Positions 1-9,014 of a DNA stretch of 32,000 bases are shown in pieces. Each line of letters opens with the position of its first letter. Positions within the stretch are counted from its first letter, which is position 1. The DNA is taken from contig JAIZWK010000001.1 in assembly GCA_021498095.1 (NCBI GenBank), positions 1,050,001 to 1,082,000 of the forward strand, in the 5' to 3' direction. Both the position numbers and the translations under genes were made by a program. Source of the stretch: Candidatus Harpocratesius repetitus. Its GTDB lineage: Archaea; Asgardarchaeota; Lokiarchaeia; Sigyniarchaeales; Promethearchaeaceae. Below the pieces are notes generated by a model. The model ran no database searches, was not told the DNA's origin, and saw nothing but the letters and a program-made list of their open reading frames with translations.

Positions 1-388
1 TTTTAAACTTGTGGATTCCAATTCTTAGCATTTTTTTTCGAAAAATTTTTGACTTTCACTAAATCTATAAATTTGAATTTTGGGCCAAGAATAGGGTATT
101 TTTGAATTAGTTCTGTATTGTTGCAACAAAATTATGTTACTTGAAAATAGGCTATAAAATGTAAAATTTTAAATAGATGAATTTCCAATAATTTATATAG
201 AGAGAGTGAAATCCGATGCGTCGCTCATCTCCAACCCTCTGTTTGCAATAAAATTGTTAAAAAGTGAAAAAATCCCTCAATGGTTTTCAAATTGGTATTT
301 TGTATCCTAATATAAGATGTGATTGGTTCATATGGGATCTTTTATCGCTCCCGAGTTCCCCATGTTTATTTATTGGATAAAAATACCT

Positions 389-419
389 GGAGGTGGAGAA
401 TTCTCCCCTCTTCACCTCC
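389..419. other. GC-rich inverted repeat / hairpin downstream of the DUF429 gene
   Basis: GGAGGTGGAG (389-398) pairs with CTTCACCTCC (410-419), 10 bp with one G.U. An internal perfect palindrome GGAGAATTCTCC lies at 395-406. Confidence 0.5.
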
Positions 420-459
420 TTAAATGTCTTAATTAAAAGACAGCACCTTTTATCTTATT

Positions 460-1209
460 TTAAAGACTAATTTCTGGGTATACGATCCGTTGTGGTAAAT
501 TTTGATCATCAAAGGTAGGATTTTCAGGAAATGTTCTTAAATTTCCAACTAATCCTGTAGCTGTTAATGCTAATATCCAAGAATCCAATTTATCATCAAT
601 TTGAACTTCTTTTGAAGAAAAATCACTTGAAAAAATATCCGTTTCTATTGATATCTCGCACTTATTCATCCAACTTTTTAGCAATTTTAATCTTTCATTA
701 ATTCCTGCTTTAGATTTTTTGTTATTTTTCATACTTTTCTTGTGATTCATTGCCCAAAAGCAAATTTCAGGATGGCTTTCCCAAATATATCTATTCAAAT
801 ACAAATTTTGACGTAAAAATAAATCGATTTCCATGATTTTTTTTGAAATATTCCATGTTTGGATGCTAATCCCTTTTTTAGTACATTTCCGGTTAATTTG
901 ATTTGCATGTTCAAAGTCTTTTGCATATAAAGCACTTCTACAGGGTGGGGTAAAAATACTGCTTGAACGAGGTCTCTTTAAAGAAATTCGGGCAAGTTTA
1001 TCACATTCTCTTGAAACAAATCCCCGTTCTACTAATCCAATAGGTATATCAATTAGTATTCTAGATGCATTTAAAGGAGGATTTCCATATTTAGACCAAA
1101 GATCTTGAATCGTTCTAAATACCTCCCAAGTAATAAAACTATTACAGTAGATGACCGCAGCTATCCAACCACCTCTACATCCATCTACACCCAGAAAAAT
1201 ATTATCCAT
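460..1209 (-). CDS. DUF429 family protein (predicted RNase H-like nuclease)
   Basis: Motifs GVDGCRGGW, IDIPIGL, SSIFTPP, ESHPE and DxLD match the DUF429 pattern. Confidence 0.8.
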   Translation of the reverse strand: MDNIFLGVDGCRGGWIAAVIYCNSFITWEVFRTIQDLWSKYGNPPLNASRILIDIPIGLVERGFVSRECDKLARISLKRPRSSSIFTPPCRSALYAKDFEHANQINRKCTKKGISIQTWNISKKIMEIDLFLRQNLYLNRYIWESHPEICFWAMNHKKSMKNNKKSKAGINERLKLLKSWMNKCEISIETDIFSSDFSSKEVQIDDKLDSWILALTATGLVGNLRTFPENPTFDDQNLPQRIVYPEISL

Positions 1210-1480
1210 TTTGCAGAATTACTTCCTTTTATTTCATAATCTGATTAAATAATCAAAACTTAACTTCCCTTGATCCGATCCCTTCCCTTATGTCGTTGTT
1301 GATCCTTAAATTTTTTTACTTCGATTAAGAATTTCATTTTTTTTACACCAAATACTCGTTATTTCTTTAATTTAGGAAAATTCTAAATATATTAAATCAG
1401 AAAATGAGATCTCTAATTAAGAAGTCAATTTCAATCCAAAAATGAGAAAAAATTGAAAAAATAGATAAAAAAGCTAAGTA

Positions 1481-2137
1481 TTATTCTTTCAAAGGTTTAT
1501 GACAGAGCCACCAATCATAACATTCATGATCTTTTGATTTAAGTCTTTCTTGTGCCGTTTTTATATCAGTTGCTGGTGGAACAATTACATGATCTCCAAC
1601 TAATTCACTATTCGGCCAGTTAGCAGGAATTGCCACCTTATTTTTATCTGAAATTTGCAGAATTTTAACAATTCGTAGAATTTCTTCCATATTTCTTCCA
1701 ATTTCTTGTGGATAGAATAGAATAATTCGAATAATTCCTTCAGTATCTACGACAAACACCGCTCTAACTGTGCTGGCACCTTTTCCTGGATGAACCATTC
1801 CCATGGTTTTAGCTACTACTCCATGATCAGCAATGATAGGAAATTGAATTTCTTGTTTTAGGTTTTCTTTTATCCATTCGGTCCATTTAATATGGCTGAA
1901 TACCTGATCTATAGATAAACCAATCAATTCACAGTTGAGCTTCTTGAAATCTTCATAATGTTTCGCAAAACTATAAAATTCAGTAGTACACACAGGAGTA
2001 AAATCAGCAGGATGAGAAAATAACACAAAATATTTTCCCTTATAATCTCCAGGAAGATTCTTCATTCCATGGGTGGTTTGCACTTTTAATTCAGGAAATT
2101 TATCCCCAATCAATGGAAAGCTATTTGTTTCTGGCAT
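1481..2137 (-). CDS. Peroxiredoxin (AhpC/TSA superfamily, archaeal Prx6-type)
   Basis: Peroxidatic Cys motif [15 protein letters not shown]; also [20 protein letters not shown] and C-terminal CYDWWLC. Confidence 0.95.
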   Translation of the reverse strand: MPETNSFPLIGDKFPELKVQTTHGMKNLPGDYKGKYFVLFSHPADFTPVCTTEFYSFAKHYEDFKKLNCELIGLSIDQVFSHIKWTEWIKENLKQEIQFPIIADHGVVAKTMGMVHPGKGASTVRAVFVVDTEGIIRIILFYPQEIGRNMEEILRIVKILQISDKNKVAIPANWPNSELVGDHVIVPPATDIKTAQERLKSKDHECYDWWLCHKPLKE

Positions 2138-2174
2138 TTTTATTCACTTAATTTTTTTTTCTTTGTTGAAAATA

Positions 2175-2297
2175 AAATCATTATAACGGAGAATAATTAT
2201 CAACAAATACTAATTATCAAATAAAAGAATTTTTCATTAAAATCCTTTGCTTAAGATTTCAAACTATTTTTGCATTTTTACATTATGATCATTAGTT
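2175..2297. promoter_or_regulatory. Putative Fur/PerR operator sites in the divergent promoter region
   Basis: Repeated TAATTATCAA (GATAAT-type hexamers on the minus strand) at about 2190-2220, and near-palindromic TTATGATCATTA at about 2283-2294, between the prx and fur genes. Confidence 0.35.
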
Positions 2298-2364
2298 TTT
2301 TATTCCAAGTGCCTTATGCTACTTTAGATGTGAAAAAAGAATATGAAGACTCATAGATGATTTT

Positions 2365-2847
2365 ATGAAAAAAACCAATTATACAAATAAAAAGGAAAAA
2401 TTAAACAATCAAAATTCAGTTGATATTTCTTCAATTAAAACTATTTTGAAAGATGCAAATTTGAAGATTACTGGCCCGCGCTTGGCAATATCATCAGTAT
2501 TGTTGACATCAGAAAATCATCCTACTGCCATTCAGATATTCGAGGAAGTTAAGTCTCAATTTACCAACCAAGAGAACATCAGTCTTGCTACAGTTTATAA
2601 AACTTTAGAAAAATTCGAACAAAAAGGATTAGTATCCGTATTTATTTCAGGAGATGGGAAATCACACTATGAACCCCGTCGAGACCCACATATTAACTTA
2701 ATTTGTATAAAATGTGGTAAGATCACAGATATGATGGATGATAAAATTACCCAATTTGTGCATGATATATATAAAATGATTCCAAATCCTATTCAAATGC
2801 AAAATCTTAGCTTTTTTTATGTTTGTGATATGTGTAATTCAAATTGA
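2365..2847 (+). CDS. Fur family transcriptional regulator (PerR-like)
   Basis: LKITGPR, HPTA and SLATVYKTL (wHTH); HINLICIKCGKI and C-terminal CDMC give two CxxC zinc motifs. Divergent from the peroxiredoxin. Confidence 0.92.
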   Translation: MKKTNYTNKKEKLNNQNSVDISSIKTILKDANLKITGPRLAISSVLLTSENHPTAIQIFEEVKSQFTNQENISLATVYKTLEKFEQKGLVSVFISGDGKSHYEPRRDPHINLICIKCGKITDMMDDKITQFVHDIYKMIPNPIQMQNLSFFYVCDMCNSN

Positions 2848-2918
2848 GAATGATTATAGTTGATTTAGAAGAATGATTATAGTTGATTTAGAAGAATGAT
2901 TATAGTTGATTTAGAAGA
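2847..2918. repeat. Perfect tandem repeat, 23 bp x 3 (AGAATGATTATAGTTGATTTAGA)
   Basis: Identical units start at 2847, 2870 and 2893, with no spacers between them. Confidence 0.95.
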
Positions 2919-2970
2919 TATTTTGCATAGAAATTTATATATGTATTACTTGTATATATTTTAGAAGAAG

Positions 2971-3201
2971 ATGAGTTTAATTAGTGTTAGAATTGATGTG
3001 AAATTAAAAAAAATGATGGAATCCTACAAGCATATCAATTGGAGTGAAGTAGTTCGCCAAGCTATTACTAAAAAGATCCAAAATGAACAAAAAAAGAATA
3101 TGGCTCGTGCAGTTCTGATTAATGAAAAAGTTCGAAAGAAGGCACCCACAAATTACGATAGTACTGAATTCATTCGAAAATTCCGAGATGATCGATATTA
3201 A
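2971..3201 (+). CDS. vapB: VapB-type antitoxin (ribbon-helix-helix)
   Basis: ISVRID strand and INWSEVVRQAI helix, typical of archaeal RHH antitoxins; lies directly upstream of a PIN toxin. Confidence 0.8.
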   Translation: MSLISVRIDVKLKKMMESYKHINWSEVVRQAITKKIQNEQKKNMARAVLINEKVRKKAPTNYDSTEFIRKFRDDRY

Positions 3202-3250
3202 TTGTTTTTTTTTAATTTTTCACATAATCTAAAAAGGAAAACTAGAAAAT

Positions 3251-3694
3251 ATGATAAAGAATATTATTGTCGATGCAAGTGTAATTGTTAAGTGGTTTAT
3301 CGATGAAAATAACTCCGACAAGGCTGAAAAGATAAAAGAACAATTTGTCAATGAAGAGATTAACATAATTATTCCTTCATTACTTTATTATGAAGTTCTC
3401 AATGCGTTAAAGTATAGTAAATTATTTAATGTACGCGAATTAAACTTAGTTGGAGAATCTTTAGAAAATTATGGTTTTGATGTTTTTGCAATAAAAGATG
3501 AAATAAGAGAGAAAATGGTCGAGATTTCGCTAAATTTTGATGTTTCTATATATGACGCTTCATATATAGCTCTTGCAGACAAATTTAATACTCAAATGGT
3601 AACAGCGGATGAAAAATTTTCAAAAAAATTACCAAAAAATTTAAAGCATCTAATTTTAGCACTAAAAGATTATAGTTCGTTAAAAAAGAAATAA
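3251..3694 (+). CDS. vapC: VapC PIN-domain toxin (ribonuclease)
   Basis: PIN acidic motifs IIVDASVIVKW, YEVLNAL, YDASYIALA and VTADEK. Confidence 0.93.
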   Translation: MIKNIIVDASVIVKWFIDENNSDKAEKIKEQFVNEEINIIIPSLLYYEVLNALKYSKLFNVRELNLVGESLENYGFDVFAIKDEIREKMVEISLNFDVSIYDASYIALADKFNTQMVTADEKFSKKLPKNLKHLILALKDYSSLKKK

Positions 3695-3743
3695 GAAAAA
3701 ACTTAATTTACATAAAAGTTGCACAACAAAGAGATATTGCTTC

Positions 3744-4682
3744 CTATATTTCTAGATTTTCTTGATAAACAAGATAACGATCGATCCAAGACCACCATTC
3801 GTTTACATCTTGCTGTAATTGTTCGATTAACTTATCATCAATTAGTTTAAATCGTCCTTGATTTTTCTTTGAGAAGTATTCGCTCAGTGGTTTCCTTTTG
3901 GTTGGATCATGTAAACGTTTGCTTTTTCCTGAAAGTGTTAAAATTCCGTTTTCAATTTCAAACAAAGGAAAAACACCTGTATCTACCGCCAATTGTGCCT
4001 GTTTGATGGTGTATTGCGCTTCATGGCGCCATCCAGGAGGACATGGTGTTAAAATTTGAATAAAGCGGAAGCCCTTAATATCCTTGGCTTTTTTGAATTT
4101 GTCATATAAATCCATGGGATCAGATACAGCACAAGTTGCAACATAAGGAACATTATGAGCTGCTACAATCATTGGAACATTTTTCTTTTTCTTGGCTTTT
4201 CCATAGGGTGTTGTGGTTGTTACTGTGCCACGTGGTGCACTGGAACTGGCTTGAATACCTGTATTCATATAACTTTCGTTATCATACATGACGTAGATTA
4301 TATCTTCATTGCGTTCAGCCGCTCCACTTAATCCTTGGATTCCAATATCTGCGGTCCCGCCATCTCCTGCCCAGACAACTACATTATAATCTCCCTTTCC
4401 TTTTGCTATCAATCCATGTTTCATTCCTGAAGCTGCAGCCGCAGAGGCCGCAAAAGCCATGTTGAACCATGCCCAATCAGGTGCTGATTTCGGCCATAAA
4501 CCAGTAACTACATTTGCACAAGAAGCCGGACTAACAGTGGCGGTTTTTGGACCAAGTGCTTTCATTGCCCATCGAAGAGCAAGATCTAAACCGCAACCTT
4601 GACAAGTTGCATTTCCTGGTAGAAAATATTCGCGCTTTGTTTCTGGATTTGCAACAATATCTACAATTTTTGTCTTTGCCAT
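3744..4682 (-). CDS. porB: Pyruvate/2-oxoacid:ferredoxin oxidoreductase beta subunit (TPP-binding)
   Basis: ATCQGCG, GDGGTADIG and YDNESYMNTG (TPP motif), and PCPPGW. Start moved to ATG 4682, which is preceded by AAGGAGG. Confidence 0.93.
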   Translation of the reverse strand: MAKTKIVDIVANPETKREYFLPGNATCQGCGLDLALRWAMKALGPKTATVSPASCANVVTGLWPKSAPDWAWFNMAFAASAAAASGMKHGLIAKGKGDYNVVVWAGDGGTADIGIQGLSGAAERNEDIIYVMYDNESYMNTGIQASSSAPRGTVTTTTPYGKAKKKKNVPMIVAAHNVPYVATCAVSDPMDLYDKFKKAKDIKGFRFIQILTPCPPGWRHEAQYTIKQAQLAVDTGVFPLFEIENGILTLSGKSKRLHDPTKRKPLSEYFSKKNQGRFKLIDDKLIEQLQQDVNEWWSWIDRYLVYQENLEI

Positions 4683-4695
4683 ACTTGGTTCCTCC

Positions 4696-5997
4696 TTATA
4701 TATCTCCAAAATATTCTTCTTCACCTTGAGGCACTTTATCAGAGCCTGTAATTAAACCGGTCCAATATGTTCCCCACATTTTATATGGTTTTTTCGGAGC
4801 TTCTCCTTTTTCTTTTAAGTCAAATAGGATTTTAAACTGCTCTATTTGATCATCGTATGTAACATCTCTACCCCCTAATCCTCCAATAAAGGGCAGTATT
4901 TTGGCATTGCGAGTTGAATCATAGCGTTGACAGGCTGCCATTATATCAGTACTAAGCGGTCCTGCAGTTGGATTACCAAAGGCGATAGCACGGTCCATAA
5001 CTCCAACAATTTGTGTCTTTTTAATATATTTTAAGATATCTTCCGTTGGGAATGGACGATAGGTTCGTACTCGGAGTGCTCCTGCTTTATATCCTTGTTC
5101 TCGTAAAACATCTACCGCATCTTCTGCTTGTTTGGCAATTGTGCCATATCCGATCATAAGAACATCTGCATCATCAGCTTTATATGGTTCAACTAAACCA
5201 TTTCCATAAGAACGCCCAAATCGTTTCTCAAACTCGGCCATTGTATCTTTAATCACAGAAATTGCTTTTAATTGCGCTTCATGGGCTTTAATACGAAATT
5301 CTGCATAAAAGCTTTGAGGCATGATTAAAGCTCCAGTCATCATAGGGCGCTCACTGTCTATCCAAACGTGTTCCCATTCATCACGTTTGGGAATAACAAA
5401 TTTCTGCGCTTCTTCCCATGGTACTCGTTTAACTGGTTTTGATGTGTGGCTTAAAACAAATCCCCCATAGGCTGGAAAGAGAGGTAGCATTACGTCTGGA
5501 TGTTCTGAAATATTAAATCCCATCAAAATAGAATCATATATTTCCTGGTGTGTTCCTAACAGTTGGATCATGATACCGCTGTCTCGTAACCCCATAATAT
5601 CGCCGTAATCTGCCCAGATATTCCAACCTCCACCGGTAAGTCCTCGTGTAGCAATTGATAGTACGACTGGTAAGCGTGCTCCGACCATCCAATGAATCAT
5701 TTCTGTCATATAGAGTAATCCTTGTCCAGCAGTGGCTGAATATACTCGAGCCCCTGCGTAGCTTGCACCAACCAATCCTGCAGCCACACTGTGTTCAGAT
5801 TCCATTCTCATGAATTGTGTTTTTTGATTTCTTGCTATGAATTCTTCTTCTCCGACAAGACTACTTAATTCCTCTACAACTGTGGTTTGAGGTGTGATTG
5901 GGTATGCTGTGATTACATCCACATTTGCATCCATAGCTGCATAAGCTGCAGCCAAGTTTCCTTTTTGTGGACCTTCAAAGAATTTTGGTTCTACCAT
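4696..5997 (-). CDS. porA: Pyruvate/2-oxoacid:ferredoxin oxidoreductase alpha subunit
   Basis: AYPITPQT, MESEHS and SATAGQGL motifs, with C-terminal VRTYRPFP and GGLGGRD. Confidence 0.95.
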   Translation of the reverse strand: MVEPKFFEGPQKGNLAAAYAAMDANVDVITAYPITPQTTVVEELSSLVGEEEFIARNQKTQFMRMESEHSVAAGLVGASYAGARVYSATAGQGLLYMTEMIHWMVGARLPVVLSIATRGLTGGGWNIWADYGDIMGLRDSGIMIQLLGTHQEIYDSILMGFNISEHPDVMLPLFPAYGGFVLSHTSKPVKRVPWEEAQKFVIPKRDEWEHVWIDSERPMMTGALIMPQSFYAEFRIKAHEAQLKAISVIKDTMAEFEKRFGRSYGNGLVEPYKADDADVLMIGYGTIAKQAEDAVDVLREQGYKAGALRVRTYRPFPTEDILKYIKKTQIVGVMDRAIAFGNPTAGPLSTDIMAACQRYDSTRNAKILPFIGGLGGRDVTYDDQIEQFKILFDLKEKGEAPKKPYKMWGTYWTGLITGSDKVPQGEEEYFGDI

Positions 5998-6064
5998 TTT
6001 TTTTTCACCTTTTCTTTCTTAAATAATACTAATTTTTAATCCTTCTTACTTATTCTCCTTCTAC

Positions 6065-6406
6065 TTATACTTCCCTCTGCATTTCAATGCATTTCTTTGG
6101 GCACATTTCTGCGCAAATTCCGCATCCTTTACAGTAGTCATAATCAAAACTCACAATTCCACTTTCATCATCAATTAACACAGTTCCTTCAGGGCAGTAC
6201 ATATAACAGTGATAACATTTAATGCATTCGTCCTGATTAATTACGGGTTTGAATGTTCGCCAGTCTCCTGTATGACCTGCACAACCTTTTATTGGAAAGG
6301 ACAGTGATGCAGGAGGTAAATCCCAATATGATGTCCACGATTGAATTTTAGGGCGTTCTTCACGCGATTTTCGAATAATTTCCCATTTTTTTGCTTCTTC
6401 CACCAT
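6065..6406 (-). CDS. porD: Oxidoreductase delta subunit (2x[4Fe-4S] ferredoxin)
   Basis: TGDWRTFKPVIN, CIKCYHCYMYCP and DYDYCKGCGICAEMCP. Confidence 0.95.
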   Translation of the reverse strand: MVEEAKKWEIIRKSREERPKIQSWTSYWDLPPASLSFPIKGCAGHTGDWRTFKPVINQDECIKCYHCYMYCPEGTVLIDDESGIVSFDYDYCKGCGICAEMCPKKCIEMQREV

Positions 6407-6457
6407 TTTAATTTCTCTCCATTATATTAATTCTTTTTTCTCCCAAATTTTAATATA

Positions 6458-7057
6458 TTATTGAATCTCCTTCACTTGCTCTGAGGCTTTCACGGCTGCT
6501 TCATAATTAAGATGACCTCGAGAACCAAATTTTTTCAATGCAATTTTCTCGATTGTTTTCAAATGTAAGCCTAAATCCATTTCGCCTGTCTCGTCCTTAT
6601 ATTTAATTTGAGTCAATGCTCCCAATAAGGGAACGTTAATTATTGGATATCCTGCTGTAGTTAGATTCAATTTTAATGCAATATCTGTAACAGGAACAGT
6701 GTAAATTTTGCATTCTTTTGGGAATTTTGACACATCAATTGTTTGATTGGTATTAACCAAAACCGTTCCATGCTTAACTGCATCTGCCACTCCGGGTAAA
6801 GGAATTAACGACGCATCAAAAATAATGGTAATGTCGGCATCCTCAACTGCGGCGTAGTTTTTAATCTCACGATTTCGGGACAGCTTAGTAAATGCTTTAA
6901 TTGGTGCACCACGCCTTTCTGCACCTATTTTTGGAATACTTAGAACATCTGTATACCCATCAGCATAAGCTATTTCGCAGAGCAAAAGTGCCGCAGTGAT
7001 GGCACCTTGACCACCTCGACCGTGCATAGTAATTTCAAAAATTTTATCATTGTTCAT
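6458..7057 (-). CDS. porC: Oxidoreductase gamma subunit
   Basis: HGRGGQGAITA and GAERRGAP motifs; canonical gamma-delta-alpha-beta gene order. Confidence 0.95.
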   Translation of the reverse strand: MNNDKIFEITMHGRGGQGAITAALLLCEIAYADGYTDVLSIPKIGAERRGAPIKAFTKLSRNREIKNYAAVEDADITIIFDASLIPLPGVADAVKHGTVLVNTNQTIDVSKFPKECKIYTVPVTDIALKLNLTTAGYPIINVPLLGALTQIKYKDETGEMDLGLHLKTIEKIALKKFGSRGHLNYEAAVKASEQVKEIQ

Positions 7058-7112
7058 AATGATTCATCACGCGAAAAATACATTATGATCTGAAAAACCC
7101 GTTAATATTTAA

Positions 7113-7412
7113 GTGAGATGATCGTATTTAAAAAATGGGAATGGCGATCCATTTTGACTTCATAGTGGTGATTTTTGAGACAAACCTAACTTATTAAATT
7201 TTTGCATTAACGAAATATTTGCTCCAGATCGATGGCCTAATCTTAGCGCTTGGGATGTTAAAAAAGATTTTACTAGTATTCACGCTACTCTCATAGATCT
7301 TCTTAATGGAAAGTTAAAAAACACTGCAAATAAAGATCAATTTACCCTTCGTGCATTTCAAAATTTGGATGAATATATCGAATTTTGAAATGCAATTGGC
7401 GGAATCCTCTAA
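7113..7412 (+). pseudogene. 100-codon frame interrupted only by four in-frame TGA codons; unknown product
   Basis: Runs from GTG 7113 to TAA 7410-7412, with TGA at 7119, 7155, 7176 and 7386 and no internal TAA or TAG. The translation looks protein-like. Confidence 0.35.
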
Positions 7413-7769
7413 TTCACTCAAAAATCCATTCATCCATCTATCAAATGATAAATCCAAAGTTCTTTACACATCTTCGAACAAAACTTGTGCACGGAAGGTT
7501 CTTTTTTATAAACTTTAATAAATTCTTTTTTTTATTCCTATCGCATAAATTTACCGCAAAACTTACTTAATATAACCATATGTTTATTTTGTTATTAAAT
7601 TTGGAAAATATTTAGATTTTCTGCACTATAAACGCCTTCTTTTTATCCAATTTAACAAACAGTAATGTTCTAAAAAACCTCAATGATCAAAACGATTAAA
7701 TACAAAGAATGATAACTCTTGTTTACAAAAATGACAATCTGTCATTTGAATCAGTAAAAAGTGATTCAT

Positions 7770-8984
7770 ATGAAAAAAAAGAATAAACTATCAATAATGG
7801 TATTGTTAGGGGTAATTCTCATATTGCCTACATTTGGTTTTTCTAATGCACTCGGCTACCACGTTTGGGGGGTATTTGTATATTCTTCTCAAACTGATTC
7901 CGATCACGATGGATTGATCGATAAATATGAAGAAAAATTTGGTACAAATCCGAATGGAAATTATTATCTTGAGGATTATGAAACGGACGAGAATAAAGAT
8001 CCGTACTTATTCTATCAGGAAAACTACTTGAAAGATCTTAAAATTTACCCGATTTGGGATATAATATACGCCAAATTTATGTATAATACTGTCCCTAAAA
8101 TAAAAATAGGGATAATCGACTGCGGATACGACAGAAATCACGAAGACTGGGGGGATAATATTGATAAAAAAAATGCTAATGATGAAAATGCTTTTTGTGA
8201 TCAGGCAACTATACCAGAAGAGGAAGATTTTTATCACGGAACATAGTGTTTGGGGGTTATTGCCACCGAACATCATAATGGCAAAGGAATTGCAGGGATT
8301 GCCGGTTTATTGAATGTTGTTGAAGTGGTCAACTATAAAGTTACAAATAGTGGTGATCTCTATTATGATCCCAATCAGGTAAGTTCAGCTGTAGAAAAAG
8401 CATTTTATGATGGATGCAAAATTATTTCCATGTCATTTGGAAGTTATGATGATGATGATAGAAATACAATGTTAGATACAATTGAAACAAGTGTGGGTAA
8501 ACAGATATTATTAATTGCTTCTGCAGGAAACGACAACAAAGACTTAGATAAAATTGATTATGAAAGAAATCATTACCCTTCACAGTTTGATAATGTTCTT
8601 TCTGTAGGGGCTGTAGATTACAATCATAAGCAATTGTATTTCAACGACAATTATGCATCAAATTACGGCAAAGATTCCATCGACGTGCTTGCCCCAGGCA
8701 AAGATATTTTTACCACAACGTACACTAATGACAAATACAGCACTTTTACGGATAAAAGTTATACTCATGACTTTGGAGACACATCTGCGGCTACACCGAT
8801 AGTGGCAGATGTCGCGGCTTTATTATGGGCATATTTTCCAGAATTGACCTTAGAACAAATTAAGTGGCTTTTGACCACAAGTGGACCTGAATCTTCGGAT
8901 CCGGACCATTTTGGTGAAACCAGGCTCTTAAATGCGGTGGATCTTTTTACGGCTGCATGGGATATAACTCACCCACAAAATTGA
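7770..8984 (+). pseudogene. Secreted S8 (subtilisin-like) serine protease split by one in-frame TAG at 8244-8246
   Basis: Signal-peptide-like N-terminus and a DSDHDGLIDKYE...GTNP Ca-binding-type motif. Catalytic motifs: Asp in GIIDCG, His in HGT*C, oxyanion Asn in SAGND, Ser in DTSAATP. The two ORFs (7761..8246 and 8250..8984) are in the same frame. Confidence 0.85.
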
Positions 8985-9014
8985 TAAAATGTAAAAAAAA
9001 CATTATCTTATAGG

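Noticed and set aside
1260-1337. 25-aa minus-strand ORF (MKFLIEVKKFKDQQRHKGRDRIKGS) with upstream GGTG
   Set aside because: Too short to distinguish from chance without conservation data.
2847-2918. CRISPR array
   Set aside because: The units are directly adjacent with no spacers, and there are no cas genes in the window.
4547-4729. 60-aa plus-strand ORF
   Set aside because: Antisense shadow of porA/porB.
7385-7570. 61-aa ORF with TTG start
   Set aside because: AT-rich, F/K/I-biased composition typical of chance ORFs, and no SD.
8244-8246. Pyrrolysine as the main explanation of the TAG in the protease
   Set aside because: porB terminates with TAG, no pyl genes are in the window, and two further damaging Gly>Asp changes point to decay. 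It is kept only as an alternative.
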